Positions 9,427 to 19,328 of a stretch of DNA of 64,000 nucleotides are shown piece by piece. The DNA comes from a bacterium (GTDB taxonomy: Bacteria; Patescibacteriota; Doudnabacteria; UBA920; 2-01-FULL-46-14), in the NCBI GenBank assembly GCA_030700065.1, contig JAUYKH010000041.1, forward strand, positions 4,659-68,658, in the 5' to 3' direction. Made by a program: the position numbers and the translations under genes. Within the stretch, counting starts at the first letter, position 1. Every line of letters starts with the position of its first letter. The notes beneath the pieces are model-generated. The model did no database searches. It saw only the letters and a list, made by a program, of their open reading frames with translations, and was not told the DNA's origin.

Positions 9427-10433
9427 ATGTTTTGGTAACAGCTATTGGGGGCGATTTGGGGCAGGGGGTCTTGAAATCTCTCCGATTATTAAAGTATAAA
9501 CCGAGAATTGTGGGTACAGACATTACCCCAACCGCACCCGGTTTGTTTTTGGCGGACAAGGGGTATGTCGTCGAGCCGGTTACTAATGAAAAAAAGTTTC
9601 TGTGGCAGATTGTCAAAATTTGTCGGAAGGAAAAGATTGACATTGTTTTCGTCTGTTTTGAGAAGGAACAGTTTTTAATTGCCGCTCACCTCGGCGACTT
9701 GGCCCTACAAACTAAAGCTTATTTTTTGGTGCAGCCGTATTCAGTGCTGAAAATGTGCCAAAATAAATTAAAGCTTTATCGTTTTTTGGCAAGACACGGG
9801 GTCAGGATTCCCGCGACCGCCGCCACAAAACCGGAAGCCGGAAAACTCATTCGAAAATTTGCTTTTCCCCTGGTGATTAAATCCCGAAGAGGAAGTGGTT
9901 CGCGGAGTTTTCGGCTCATAAACAGCAAGCGGGAGTTTGGGTGGTGGTGGCGAAATACTGAATATCCGATACTGCAAGAGCATATCGCCAATAGAAATGG
10001 TGACGAATTTACGGTCGGAGTTTTCTTGGACAAGAAAGCTAGGGCGTTAGGCAGCATTGCCATGAAGCGCGAGCTTAAAGGCGGCGTAACCATTCATGCT
10101 ATTGTTGATGAATTTCCCAGGATTGAGGCGTTGGCCGCCGGAACCGCCGAAGCAATCGGGGCGATCGGCCCTTGCAACGTGCAAATCAGAATGGATAAAA
10201 ACAACCAGCCGTGTATTATCGAAGTCAATGCCAGGATTTCAGGGACTGCGATATTTCGATCCAAGCTTGGATTTAATGAGGCCGGGGCGGCGATTGATTA
10301 TTTTATGTTCAATAAAAGGCCGCAGCTTCGAACCAGAAAGGCAGTTGTTATGAAAATTTGGGATGAGCTCATTATTGATCCAAAGAAGTATGAATTCTTA
10401 AAAAGACGCGGCTACCTAAGCGCCGGCAAATAG
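9423..10433 (+). CDS. ATP-grasp domain protein
   Basis: MNVLVTAIGGDLGQG..; LVIKSRRGSGSRSF; C-terminal IEVNARISG pattern typical of ATP-grasp ligases. ATG at 9423 is preceded by GAGGT. The ORF-track start at 9384 is in the same frame. Confidence 0.55.
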   Translation: MNVLVTAIGGDLGQGVLKSLRLLKYKPRIVGTDITPTAPGLFLADKGYVVEPVTNEKKFLWQIVKICRKEKIDIVFVCFEKEQFLIAAHLGDLALQTKAYFLVQPYSVLKMCQNKLKLYRFLARHGVRIPATAATKPEAGKLIRKFAFPLVIKSRRGSGSRSFRLINSKREFGWWWRNTEYPILQEHIANRNGDEFTVGVFLDKKARALGSIAMKRELKGGVTIHAIVDEFPRIEALAAGTAEAIGAIGPCNVQIRMDKNNQPCIIEVNARISGTAIFRSKLGFNEAGAAIDYFMFNKRPQLRTRKAVVMKIWDELIIDPKKYEFLKRRGYLSAGK

Positions 10434-10434
10434 C

Positions 10435-11115
10435 ATGAAAAAACTTCTTGTCTTTGATTGCTACCAAACCCTAATTTATAAACCGGGTCTCGGAACGGCC
10501 CTGCAAAAATTCCTGGCTAAAGAGTTAAAAGCCCAGGTATCTTTGAAGCACATAAATTTGGCTTTTAAAATAATGTATAATCGGCATAAATTCCAGCACG
10601 CAAAATTTAGCACCGAAAAACAACGAAGGAATTATTACCGCGGATATAATCAATATCTCCTGAACACCCTGGGCCTTGATATTTCCATCCCGGTGGCCGA
10701 CAGATTAAATAAAGTTTTATCCCGGGTGCCCTACGTTAGTTATCCAGACGTGATCTCGACCCTCCAATATTTGAAATCGCGACATTACCAGTTGGGGTTG
10801 CTGGCGAATTGGACAAGCCAACTCGAGCAAGTATTGAGCAGGATAAAACTTACGAAATATTTTGATTTCGTGTTTGCTTCTCACAATTTGGGGGTTCAAA
10901 AGCCGGACCCAAGGTTTTTTACCAAGGCTTTACGCAGGCACAGAAAAAAATACGATAAAGTTTACTACGTTGGGGACGATTATGATCTTGATGTTATACC
11001 GGCCAGAAGGGCGAAATTAATACCCGTTTTGATTGATCGCGAGAATAATTATCCGACACAAACAGACTGTACAAAGGTGAAAACCCTGCGAAGCTTAATT
11101 CATATCATTAATTAG
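10435..11115 (+). CDS. HAD-superfamily hydrolase (haloacid-dehalogenase-like, DxYxT motif I)
   Basis: Motif I VFDCYQTL, a DxYxT variant as in L-2-haloacid dehalogenase-like HADs, and motif IV VGDDYDLDV. Confidence 0.5.
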   Translation: MKKLLVFDCYQTLIYKPGLGTALQKFLAKELKAQVSLKHINLAFKIMYNRHKFQHAKFSTEKQRRNYYRGYNQYLLNTLGLDISIPVADRLNKVLSRVPYVSYPDVISTLQYLKSRHYQLGLLANWTSQLEQVLSRIKLTKYFDFVFASHNLGVQKPDPRFFTKALRRHRKKYDKVYYVGDDYDLDVIPARRAKLIPVLIDRENNYPTQTDCTKVKTLRSLIHIIN

Positions 11116-11124
11116 ATAAATTCC

Positions 11125-12177
11125 ATGGAAATGACAATCGGCAATAAAAAGATCGGGCATGATTTTCCTACGTTTGTCGTCGCGGAAATGTCGGGTAATC
11201 ACAACCAAGATATTAACAGGGCGTATCAAATTATTGACGCGGCCGCCGAAGCCGGAGCAGATGCCATTAAGCTCCAAACTTATACTGCTGACACAATCAC
11301 GATTGATTCTGATGAGGCGCCTTTTCGTCTCGGTGCCGATGTTAATGAAGCGTGGGCCGGACAGACATTATATAAATTGTATCAACAGGCTTTCACTCCT
11401 TGGGGGTGGCAACCTAAACTTAAAGAATATGCAGAAAAGAAAGGCCTGATTTGTTTCTCAACGCCCTTTGACGAAACATCGGTAGACTTTCTGGAAAACC
11501 TGAATGTCCCGGCATACAAAGTTGCATCTTTTGAGTTGGTTGATATTCCACTTTTGAAAAAGATCGGGCAGACAAAAAAACCGGTGATTATATCCCGGGG
11601 CATGGCTTCACTCGAAGAAATTGAACTAGCGGTGGAAACTCTCAAAAAGGCCGGAACGTCTGGGGTAGCGGTTTTGCACTGTGTGAGTGCTTATCCAGCG
11701 CGGCCAGATCAGATGAACCTCGCAACAATTCCTGATTTGGCAAAAAGATTTGATGTGATTCCTGGCCTCTCCGACCACACTTTAGGTATTACCGTCCCAA
11801 TTGCGGCAGTGACTTTAGGGGCGAAAATAATAGAAAAGCACTTTACCTTGGCTCGCGCTGATGGGGGGCCGGATGCCTCATTTTCTTTGGAACCTAAAGA
11901 ATTGAAGGAGTTGGTGGATGCCATCAGGGACATAGAAAAGGCCGTGGGTAAACCGACTTATGGGGCTTCGGGCGGTGAATCAGAATACTTAAAGTATAGG
12001 CGTTCATTGTTTGCGGTAGCAGATATCAAGAAAGGCGAAGCGTTTACCAAAGATAACATTCGTTCGATTCGGCCCGGTTTCGGTCTGCCGCCAAAATATT
12101 TTGAACAAATAATTGGGAAAAAAGCGAAACAAGACATCAAACGAGGAACACCTTTGGGTTGGGAGATGATCAAGTGA
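11125..12177 (+). CDS. N-acetylneuraminate/pseudaminate/legionaminate-type synthase (NeuB family) #1
   Basis: FVVAEMSGNHNQDINRAYQIIDAAAEAGADAIKLQTY..LHCVSAYPA..GLSDHTLG plus a C-terminal SAF/antifreeze-like tail. This is the hallmark NeuB TIM-barrel pattern. Confidence 0.8.
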   Translation: MEMTIGNKKIGHDFPTFVVAEMSGNHNQDINRAYQIIDAAAEAGADAIKLQTYTADTITIDSDEAPFRLGADVNEAWAGQTLYKLYQQAFTPWGWQPKLKEYAEKKGLICFSTPFDETSVDFLENLNVPAYKVASFELVDIPLLKKIGQTKKPVIISRGMASLEEIELAVETLKKAGTSGVAVLHCVSAYPARPDQMNLATIPDLAKRFDVIPGLSDHTLGITVPIAAVTLGAKIIEKHFTLARADGGPDASFSLEPKELKELVDAIRDIEKAVGKPTYGASGGESEYLKYRRSLFAVADIKKGEAFTKDNIRSIRPGFGLPPKYFEQIIGKKAKQDIKRGTPLGWEMIK

Positions 12178-12251
12178 ATTGCTCCTTGTTGAGAGCGGGC
12201 GAACAGAGTAAAATGTATAGACGAATAAATTAATTTTTTGAAGAAAAAACT

Positions 12252-13364
12252 ATGAAGTGGACACGAACAATCTCATTCAAACCTGAAAAAATCCAGCAAG
12301 AAGCCTGGACTTTCGAAGATGGGAACGAAACAAAAAAATATTCAGTCGAAGTGACTTTGGGTAAGCCGATTGATATTTTGTCCCTTAAAATGAGCAGGGT
12401 TGAGGATTTTAAATCCAAGGTTGAGACTGTGAAGGCTTCGCGGACTGAAGTTTACGCAAATCCTGTCAACCTGGAAGAGGTCAAGAATTGTCCGATATGC
12501 CAAAACCCGTCTGACCGATTGAGGCAGATCCTCAATATATATGGCGCCGTTTACACTTCCTGCGAGAAATGTTTCCATTGCTACGCCCTTTCTAAGCCCA
12601 CGGACGCGTACCTCGCGAGTTTTTACAAAACGAACGATTCTTACCAAAGCACATATGCCGACAAAAATACTCAAAAGCAGCGTCTGGAATGGATCTCCAA
12701 ACCCAAGGCAGAATACGTACTAAATGAATATAAAAAGCGATACGGCAGATTGCCCAAAAAAGTTCTTGATATTGGCGCGGGAAGCGGGCATTTCGTTTAC
12801 CAATTGAGACAAATGGGAATAGATTGCGATGGAGTTGAGATCAGCGAGTCAGGAATCGCTTTCGCGAAAGAAGTTTTTGGCGTCGAACTTTTGAACATTG
12901 ATTTTTTGAAGGAAGCGGATAAATTTGAATGCGACATTGTAACATTTTGGGGACTGATCGAACACGTGAGCAAACCTGTCGAGATGCTCGCGGCTGCGAG
13001 GCGCGCGCTTGGCCCAGACGGCATGGTTGTCGCCGAAGTACCGCGGTTTGAGAGTCTTAGCACAGCAGTACATCGGGCCTTTCCCGATTCAGTAATCAGA
13101 CATTTGGATCCCATGGATCATAATCAGTGTTTTTCAGATTCGTCACTGGCAACTGCTTTTGTTTTGAGCGGTTTGGATATTGTTTCTGCGTGGTATTTTG
13201 GCATGGATGCCTATGAGTTCATATCGCAATTGGCGTACCGTGCGCAAGAAGACAAAGTCATCAAGGTCGCTGGCGAAAAAATTCCTGTGTTTCAGGAGCA
13301 AATCGACCTTGGCCGTCTTTCAGATTTCGTTCTATTTATTGGTATCCCTTCAAAGAAACAATAG
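12252..13364 (+). CDS. Class I SAM-dependent methyltransferase with N-terminal Cys4 zinc-ribbon
   Basis: CPICQN..CEKCFHCY Zn-ribbon, then VLDIGAGSGHFVYQL motif I. Architecture resembles sugar C-/O-methyltransferases (TylC3-like). Confidence 0.55.
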   Translation: MKWTRTISFKPEKIQQEAWTFEDGNETKKYSVEVTLGKPIDILSLKMSRVEDFKSKVETVKASRTEVYANPVNLEEVKNCPICQNPSDRLRQILNIYGAVYTSCEKCFHCYALSKPTDAYLASFYKTNDSYQSTYADKNTQKQRLEWISKPKAEYVLNEYKKRYGRLPKKVLDIGAGSGHFVYQLRQMGIDCDGVEISESGIAFAKEVFGVELLNIDFLKEADKFECDIVTFWGLIEHVSKPVEMLAAARRALGPDGMVVAEVPRFESLSTAVHRAFPDSVIRHLDPMDHNQCFSDSSLATAFVLSGLDIVSAWYFGMDAYEFISQLAYRAQEDKVIKVAGEKIPVFQEQIDLGRLSDFVLFIGIPSKKQ

Positions 13365-13370
13365 TTATTT

Positions 13371-15800
13371 ATGCCTGCAAACAATAAAAAAAGAAAAGCG
13401 ATTATTTTAGGAGCCGGCCCTTTAGGTTTGGTGACCGCGTGGAAACTCCTGGAAAACGGCTGGAAGGTTGAGATTTACGAGAAGCAGAATATGGTTGGCG
13501 GCTTGTGCCGCACGTGGAGGTGGCGGGATTTCCTGGTTGATACCGGCCCGCATATATACCACACTCCAGACCCCCAGCTGGCGAAATTTTGGGAAGCGGA
13601 GTTTGGTGATCTTATGCTGAAGGGAGAATTTTGGTGTAAGAACGTGCGCGGTGATCAATTCGAAGAATATTGGGATTACCCTCTGTCCTGGGAAAGCATA
13701 TCGCGGTATCCGCTTAAGCTTAAGGAAAAAGTCTTGAAAGAATTGCAGGAACGCTCCGAGGAGTCCAAAGTCAAAGCAAGAAATTATACGCAATATATGG
13801 AGGCTCAAGTTGGTCCGACACTGCGTGAAATGTTTTTCAAATCGTATCCCGAAAAAATTTGGGGTATCACAACCGATGAAATGACGCCTGGCTGGGCGCC
13901 AAAACGCATTGAATTTCGGCAGAAAGTAACCCCTTTTTATCACAATCAATGGAACGCGGTCGGCAAATTCGGAACGGGATGCGTCTATGAACGAATTAAG
14001 GAAAAAATTGATTCGTTGGGCGGGAAGGTTTATTTAGGCGCGCAGGTGACCAACATAGTTCCAGAGGGCGGTGGGCGGCTGAAACGGATAACCTTCGCCG
14101 ATCGAGAGGCTGTCGAGATTGGACCGGATGACGTTGTCATCTCCAGTCTGCCAATTACCCTAACCGCCAGATTTTTTGGACATGAAAGCTCGCTGCGCTT
14201 CCGCGGCATTACTTCCGTGTATCTGGCCTACAAAAAAGAGTCGATCCTCCCAAAAGGGATTCATTGGCTCTATTATGGCTCCCCGAATGTTGATTTTAAC
14301 CGCATTACCGAACCCAAAAAACTCTCTCCTTACGTCGCGCCTACGGGCGAGACTTATCTCACTGTGGAAATTACCATGAGCCCCGGGGATGAAATCGACC
14401 GCATGGATCCGCAGGAGTTGTCAGGGCGCGTGGCCGCTCAAGTGGAAAAAGCCGGTCTGGCCCGAAAAGAGGAAGTGATTGACTCGAGCGTGAATAAGGA
14501 AAGGTTTGTCTATCCCTTGCAGTACGCGGGATATCAGGAAGAACTGGCAAAAACACGCGCTGTTGTTTCCAAATATCAGCAGCTGTTTTCCATCGGCACT
14601 GGCGGGGATTTTAGTTACGCTGATAGTCAAATTCTTTTTCATAAGGCATTTGATACGGTCTCCATTCTATGCGGAAAAGATTCGTCTTATACCCAGGTGA
14701 TTCGCCAGACTCCGCAAATTAGTTTCAACCAGATAGTTCGAATGGGTGAACGTAAAGTTGGTGATGGCGAGCAGCCCTATATCATCGCCGAAGCGGGACT
14801 CAATCACAACGGGAGCCTCGATCTGGCCAAACAGCTGGTTGACGCGGCCGCGAAAACCGGCGCGGATGCTGTAAAGTTTCAAACGTTTCAGGCGAAAAAT
14901 CGAATTTCCAGGAAAGTGAAGGCCGTCAAATATGCTGAAACAGTCATTGGCACGGAAGAGACGCTTTACGAGATGTTTGACCGATTGGCCATGTCGTTTG
15001 AGGACCAGAAACAACTGTTTGCTTACGCCAAGGATAGGGGAATCGAGGTTTTTTCGACCCCCTTTGACGAGGAAAGTGTGGATTTTCTCGAGTCGGTCGG
15101 CGTGAGGTTTTATAAAATTGCCTCAATGGATCTCGTCAATTTACCCTTGATTGAGCGCGCGGCAAAAACTGGCAAACCGATTATTCTTTCGACCGGGATG
15201 TCGACGCTTGGGCAAATAGAAGAGGCGGTCGAGGTCGTACAGAAAGCCGGTAACCCGAATTTGGTGCTTTTGCATTGCAATTCATCGTACCCGGCCGCGC
15301 CCGAGGAGATGAACCTCAATGTTATCAAGACCTTAAAGCAAGCGTTCGGGGTACCGGTGGGGCTTTCTGACCATACTTTGGGTTTAACAGTTTCCCAGAC
15401 TGCTTTAGCGATTGGAGCCAACATGATCGAGAGACATTTTACCCTGGATCGGACGTTTGAGGGACCAGACCACATTCTTTCGTCCGAGCCTCAAGAGTTT
15501 GCCGAGCTTGTGAGATTGTCCAAAAACACCCCCCCGATCAAATTGACAAAACAGATTTCCCAAATCCTTGGCGATGGAGTGAAGCGGATTCAGCCGAGCG
15601 AATACTCAACACTCAACACCCAGCGCAAGAGTCTGTATGCCGCGGCGGATATAGAGACTGGCGAGCCAATTACCAAAGAGAAGATTATTATTAAAGGCCC
15701 GGGCGGGGGACTGCTGCCAAAGTATTTGGATATGGTCGTGGGGCGCGTCGCCCGCAAACGCATCGAGAGCGATTATCCGATTACTTGGGAAGTTATTTAA
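13371..15800 (+). CDS. Fusion protein: N-terminal FAD/NAD(P)-binding amine-oxidase/UDP-galactopyranose-mutase-like oxidoreductase + C-terminal NeuB-family synthase #2
   Basis: 809-aa continuous ORF. N-term ILGAGPLGLVTAWKLLENGWKVEIYEKQNMVGGLCRT is a dinucleotide-binding fold. From about aa 440, YIIAEAGLNHNGSLDLAKQLVDAAAKTGADAVKFQTF..LHCNSSYPA..GLSDHTLG is a full NeuB domain. Confidence 0.7.
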   Translation: MPANNKKRKAIILGAGPLGLVTAWKLLENGWKVEIYEKQNMVGGLCRTWRWRDFLVDTGPHIYHTPDPQLAKFWEAEFGDLMLKGEFWCKNVRGDQFEEYWDYPLSWESISRYPLKLKEKVLKELQERSEESKVKARNYTQYMEAQVGPTLREMFFKSYPEKIWGITTDEMTPGWAPKRIEFRQKVTPFYHNQWNAVGKFGTGCVYERIKEKIDSLGGKVYLGAQVTNIVPEGGGRLKRITFADREAVEIGPDDVVISSLPITLTARFFGHESSLRFRGITSVYLAYKKESILPKGIHWLYYGSPNVDFNRITEPKKLSPYVAPTGETYLTVEITMSPGDEIDRMDPQELSGRVAAQVEKAGLARKEEVIDSSVNKERFVYPLQYAGYQEELAKTRAVVSKYQQLFSIGTGGDFSYADSQILFHKAFDTVSILCGKDSSYTQVIRQTPQISFNQIVRMGERKVGDGEQPYIIAEAGLNHNGSLDLAKQLVDAAAKTGADAVKFQTFQAKNRISRKVKAVKYAETVIGTEETLYEMFDRLAMSFEDQKQLFAYAKDRGIEVFSTPFDEESVDFLESVGVRFYKIASMDLVNLPLIERAAKTGKPIILSTGMSTLGQIEEAVEVVQKAGNPNLVLLHCNSSYPAAPEEMNLNVIKTLKQAFGVPVGLSDHTLGLTVSQTALAIGANMIERHFTLDRTFEGPDHILSSEPQEFAELVRLSKNTPPIKLTKQISQILGDGVKRIQPSEYSTLNTQRKSLYAAADIETGEPITKEKIIIKGPGGGLLPKYLDMVVGRVARKRIESDYPITWEVI

Positions 15801-15809
15801 GGAGAAAAC

Positions 15810-16577
15810 ATGATGAATTTAAAGGATAAAAAAGTTTTGATCACAGGGGCGGCGGGTCAGCTCGGCAGACAATACTGTCAGGCTTTTGCGCAAGCCGGAG
15901 CCGTTGTGATCGCGTCCGATATTGATCTTGAAGCCTGTCAGGAAATCCCGGGTCAGCTCGAGGGGGGTATCGCAAAGCATTATGCCTTGGCATGTGATGT
16001 CGCAGATCCGTCGTCAGTCGAAGCGGCTTTTGCTGAAATTACGAGCCGGTTTGGCTCGCTCGACGTGCTCATCAATAACGCGGGCATCGGCGTATTCGAG
16101 CCTTGGCTTGAGCGGAAGTTTGAGGATTTTATGAAGGTGTTTCGAGTAAACGCGGGCGGGACCTTTCTGTGCACGAAAGCCGCCAGTGTGCTGATGCGCG
16201 ATTCGAAAACCAAGGGGTCTATCATCAATATCGGCTCGATTTACGGTTTGGGAAGCAGTGATCCGAGGATATACGGCGACACGCCCCGGATGAACTCTGA
16301 ATGCTACACCGGGTCAAAAGCAGCCGTTATCGCCATGACCAAATATTTTGCCATCCACTTGGCGCCATATGGTATTCGAGTGAACTGTATTAGCCCGGGT
16401 GGGGTTTTCAACCGGCAAGGCAGTTATTTTGTGGAGCAGTACAGCAATCGCACGCCGATGGGGCGCATGGCGAACGAGGATGAACTGCCAGCTACTGCCG
16501 TATTTTTGGCGTCAGATGGAGCTTCATACATCACCGGACAAAATATAGCGGTTGACGGGGGTTGGACTGCGTGGTGA
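15810..16577 (+). CDS. Short-chain dehydrogenase/reductase (SDR)
   Basis: VLITGAAGQLGRQY, NNAG, YTGSKAAV. Confidence 0.7.
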   Translation: MMNLKDKKVLITGAAGQLGRQYCQAFAQAGAVVIASDIDLEACQEIPGQLEGGIAKHYALACDVADPSSVEAAFAEITSRFGSLDVLINNAGIGVFEPWLERKFEDFMKVFRVNAGGTFLCTKAASVLMRDSKTKGSIINIGSIYGLGSSDPRIYGDTPRMNSECYTGSKAAVIAMTKYFAIHLAPYGIRVNCISPGGVFNRQGSYFVEQYSNRTPMGRMANEDELPATAVFLASDGASYITGQNIAVDGGWTAW

Positions 16578-16595
16578 AAATAATTAGCTAAAAGT

Positions 16596-17744
16596 ATGGA
16601 ACAGGAAATACAATATTTAGAAGCGTGGCTCAAGGAGGCGGAGCTACTGGCCAGAAAAATTAGAAATCAGGCTGATCGGAAGAATGGCATGGCGGTTTTT
16701 ACTATTTCCGCCACGGTCAAGGCCCAGGATAAAAGAAAACCCTTTTTGACGCCTTTGCGGGAAATTACGCATGGGTCTGTCGGAGGGTCGCTCGTATTTT
16801 CTCAAACACAGGCCGCTCTGCTTTGTAAACAAATCGACGGCATCGTAGATTGGATTTTGGTTGATGCCGAAAAAAAGATTCCGATCAGTTTTGGCTACAA
16901 TAAAGAAATTTTGTCGCACTTTAAGCTTCAGCTTTTGGGGCGCAAGGTCGGATATTCCCGCGAGCATATCGAGATGGGGAATCTAAGCGCGGTATGCGCC
17001 CTATATGTCAAGCAAAGCGATTTGCACGAATTTAAGGCCAATGACATTACTGTTGATTCCGTATGGCACGCGCTCTCCCACGCGAAGGGGATACTAAGCG
17101 GAAAAAAGATCGCGATTATCGGCGCCGGCAACATTGGGTTCAAGCTGGCACAACGACTCGTCGAGAGTGGGTGCAGTGTTGATCTAGTGCGCCGTGATGC
17201 GACCCGCGGAACATTGATGGCGGATCTTATCAATGCGGTCAAGCCGAAATCTACGCTGGCCGTGGCGCATTACAATCCTGATCCGCTGCAGGCGTCCGTG
17301 TTTTCCGACGCGATAATCGGCTGCACCAACGGGGTGCCGGTGATTACATGGGAGATGATGCGGGCCATGCGTCCTGATGGGGTTGTCATTGATGTCGGGA
17401 AAGGAACGATCCATGGTGATGCCTTGAGAAAGGGATTAGAGGATGGTGTAAAAATTATCCGCACGGATGTAGCACCGGGAATAGACGGGTTGATTGCCAC
17501 CATTCGAAGCACAAAAAATTTAATGGCTAATGTGATGGGCCGGAAGCTTTTGGGTGATGTGAATGTGGTGTCCGGCGGTTTTATGGGATTGGACGGTGAT
17601 GTCGTCGTAGACAATTATGAGCATCCAACTTATGTCATCGGTATTTCGGACGGTAACGGCGATATCAAGAAAGATTATCCCGAGGCAGACGCCGTGCGAA
17701 TCGACGCGGTAAAAAAATTTATTGGCGTGGAAAAGCAACTATGA
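16596..17744 (+). CDS. NAD(P)-binding Rossmann-fold dehydrogenase (AlaDH/PNT- or shikimate-DH-like C-terminal domain), function unknown
   Basis: GKKIAIIGAGNIGFKLAQRLVESGCSVDLVRRD and IIGCTNGVPVITWEMMRAMRPDGVVIDVGKGTI resemble the AlaDH/PNT C-domain pattern. Confidence 0.35.
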   Translation: MEQEIQYLEAWLKEAELLARKIRNQADRKNGMAVFTISATVKAQDKRKPFLTPLREITHGSVGGSLVFSQTQAALLCKQIDGIVDWILVDAEKKIPISFGYNKEILSHFKLQLLGRKVGYSREHIEMGNLSAVCALYVKQSDLHEFKANDITVDSVWHALSHAKGILSGKKIAIIGAGNIGFKLAQRLVESGCSVDLVRRDATRGTLMADLINAVKPKSTLAVAHYNPDPLQASVFSDAIIGCTNGVPVITWEMMRAMRPDGVVIDVGKGTIHGDALRKGLEDGVKIIRTDVAPGIDGLIATIRSTKNLMANVMGRKLLGDVNVVSGGFMGLDGDVVVDNYEHPTYVIGISDGNGDIKKDYPEADAVRIDAVKKFIGVEKQL

Positions 17745-18427
17745 AAATCTATACTGTTATCCCGGCTCGTTCCGGCAGCAAAAGCATACCAAAAAAGAAT
17801 ATTCGACCGCTGAACGGTAAGCCCCTTTTGCAGTATTCGGTTGAATATTCCCTGCAGTGCCCGCTCGTGTCGCGCACGGTTGTCTCCACGGACTCTGAAG
17901 AGTTTGCCCAAGTTGCCAGAAGCTGCGGGGCGGATGTTCCCTTTATTCGGCCGGCGGAATTCGCGCAGGACGATACGCAGGATTATCCGGTAATGCGGCA
18001 TGCTCTCGACACCCTCGAGTCTATATACAAAGAACAAATAGACGTGCTGGTTTTGCTCCGTCCGACCTCGCCATTTCGTCCGCCAAAGTTAATCGAACGG
18101 GCGGTGGAATTGTTGCAGAAGCATCCGGAAGCTACATCGGTCAGGGCAGTTACTAGGTCTACAGAGCACCCTTACAGGCAATGGGTTATAGAAGAGCCTT
18201 TTATGATTGGATTCGCGAGAGACGTGCACGAGCCTTACAATATTCCCCGTCAAAAATTGCCGAAGGTTCTTTTCCAAACCGGCGATTTGGAAATGGTGAC
18301 TAGGTCAACACTGCTTAGCGGTTCGGTTTCGGGAGATCATGTTTTGCCGCTTTACATCGCTCCGGAAGAGATGCTGGATCTCGACACTTTTTCAGACTGG
18401 GAGGAAGCAGAGAGGAGACAAACCTAA
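17741..18427 (+). CDS. Acylneuraminate cytidylyltransferase (CMP-nonulosonic acid synthetase, NeuA-like) #1
   Basis: MKIYTVIPARSGSKSIPKKNIRPLNGKPLL..VLLRPTSPFR is the classic CMP-NeuAc synthetase N-terminus. Confidence 0.75.
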   Translation: MKIYTVIPARSGSKSIPKKNIRPLNGKPLLQYSVEYSLQCPLVSRTVVSTDSEEFAQVARSCGADVPFIRPAEFAQDDTQDYPVMRHALDTLESIYKEQIDVLVLLRPTSPFRPPKLIERAVELLQKHPEATSVRAVTRSTEHPYRQWVIEEPFMIGFARDVHEPYNIPRQKLPKVLFQTGDLEMVTRSTLLSGSVSGDHVLPLYIAPEEMLDLDTFSDWEEAERRQT

Positions 18428-18428
18428 A

Positions 18429-19328
18429 ATGCGCACCGCGGCGGATCTTTTTCTCGGAACAGTTAAATTAGGAGTACCGGAATACGGCTTCTCTTCGACT
18501 GCTCCGGTAGTCAGCTTTGACGCCCAGCAATTTTTGTGCGAGGCAGTCAAATTAGGAATCAGCCGTTTTGATACGTCCCCTCGTTATGGCAATAGCGAGG
18601 AGGTAATCGGCCAATATATAGGGCAAGCTTCTTCTAAACCATTCGTTGCTTCAAAAATTGACAATCTTGCCCCGAACAATTCAGACACACCAGGGTTGAT
18701 GGAAAAGAGTGTGAATGATTCGTTGGCCAAACTCCACCTTTCTACTCTCGATATTTGTTATTTGCATCAAAACGAGATGGAAATTATCAGCGACCCGTAC
18801 ATCCATCAAGGACTTTCGTTGTTAAAGGAGAAGGGGCTCGTACGACAAGCGGGGGCATCGGTTTACAGCAAAGAAGAATGCTCGTACGCCGTAGATTGCG
18901 GAATTTTTGACGTAATCCAGGCCCCTGTTAGCGTTTTTGATCTTGGGTTTTACAATGACTTCGTTCTTAACAAAAACCCCCCTGTGACCTTGATTGCCCG
19001 TTCTTTGCTTCTGCAAGGCATTCTGGTTAATCGAAGACAAATCAAGGGACAGATCAAACAATCCGACGCTGTGCTTCAATATCTCGATAATTTGGATCAG
19101 CTCGCAAAAGAAGCTGACATGTCAACCCTTGATATGGCACTTGCCTTTGTCTATGGGCTCTCCGGAATCGATTATTACATTATTGGAACCACATCGCTCG
19201 AAAATCTGAAACATAACATTGAATGCTTGAAGCTTGAATTACCGCGGCATATTATAAGTGAAATTAAAGTATTGGCGGGTACTCCGAAACAATGGACTAA
19301 TCCCCGCAATTGGAGTTTAAATGGATAA
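18429..19328 (+). CDS. Aldo/keto reductase family oxidoreductase
   Basis: ..FDTSPRYGNSEEVIG.. and the AKR barrel pattern. ATG at 18429 lies 2 nt after the upstream stop, and the longer in-frame 18339 start would overlap neuA. Confidence 0.55.
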   Translation: MRTAADLFLGTVKLGVPEYGFSSTAPVVSFDAQQFLCEAVKLGISRFDTSPRYGNSEEVIGQYIGQASSKPFVASKIDNLAPNNSDTPGLMEKSVNDSLAKLHLSTLDICYLHQNEMEIISDPYIHQGLSLLKEKGLVRQAGASVYSKEECSYAVDCGIFDVIQAPVSVFDLGFYNDFVLNKNPPVTLIARSLLLQGILVNRRQIKGQIKQSDAVLQYLDNLDQLAKEADMSTLDMALAFVYGLSGIDYYIIGTTSLENLKHNIECLKLELPRHIISEIKVLAGTPKQWTNPRNWSLNG

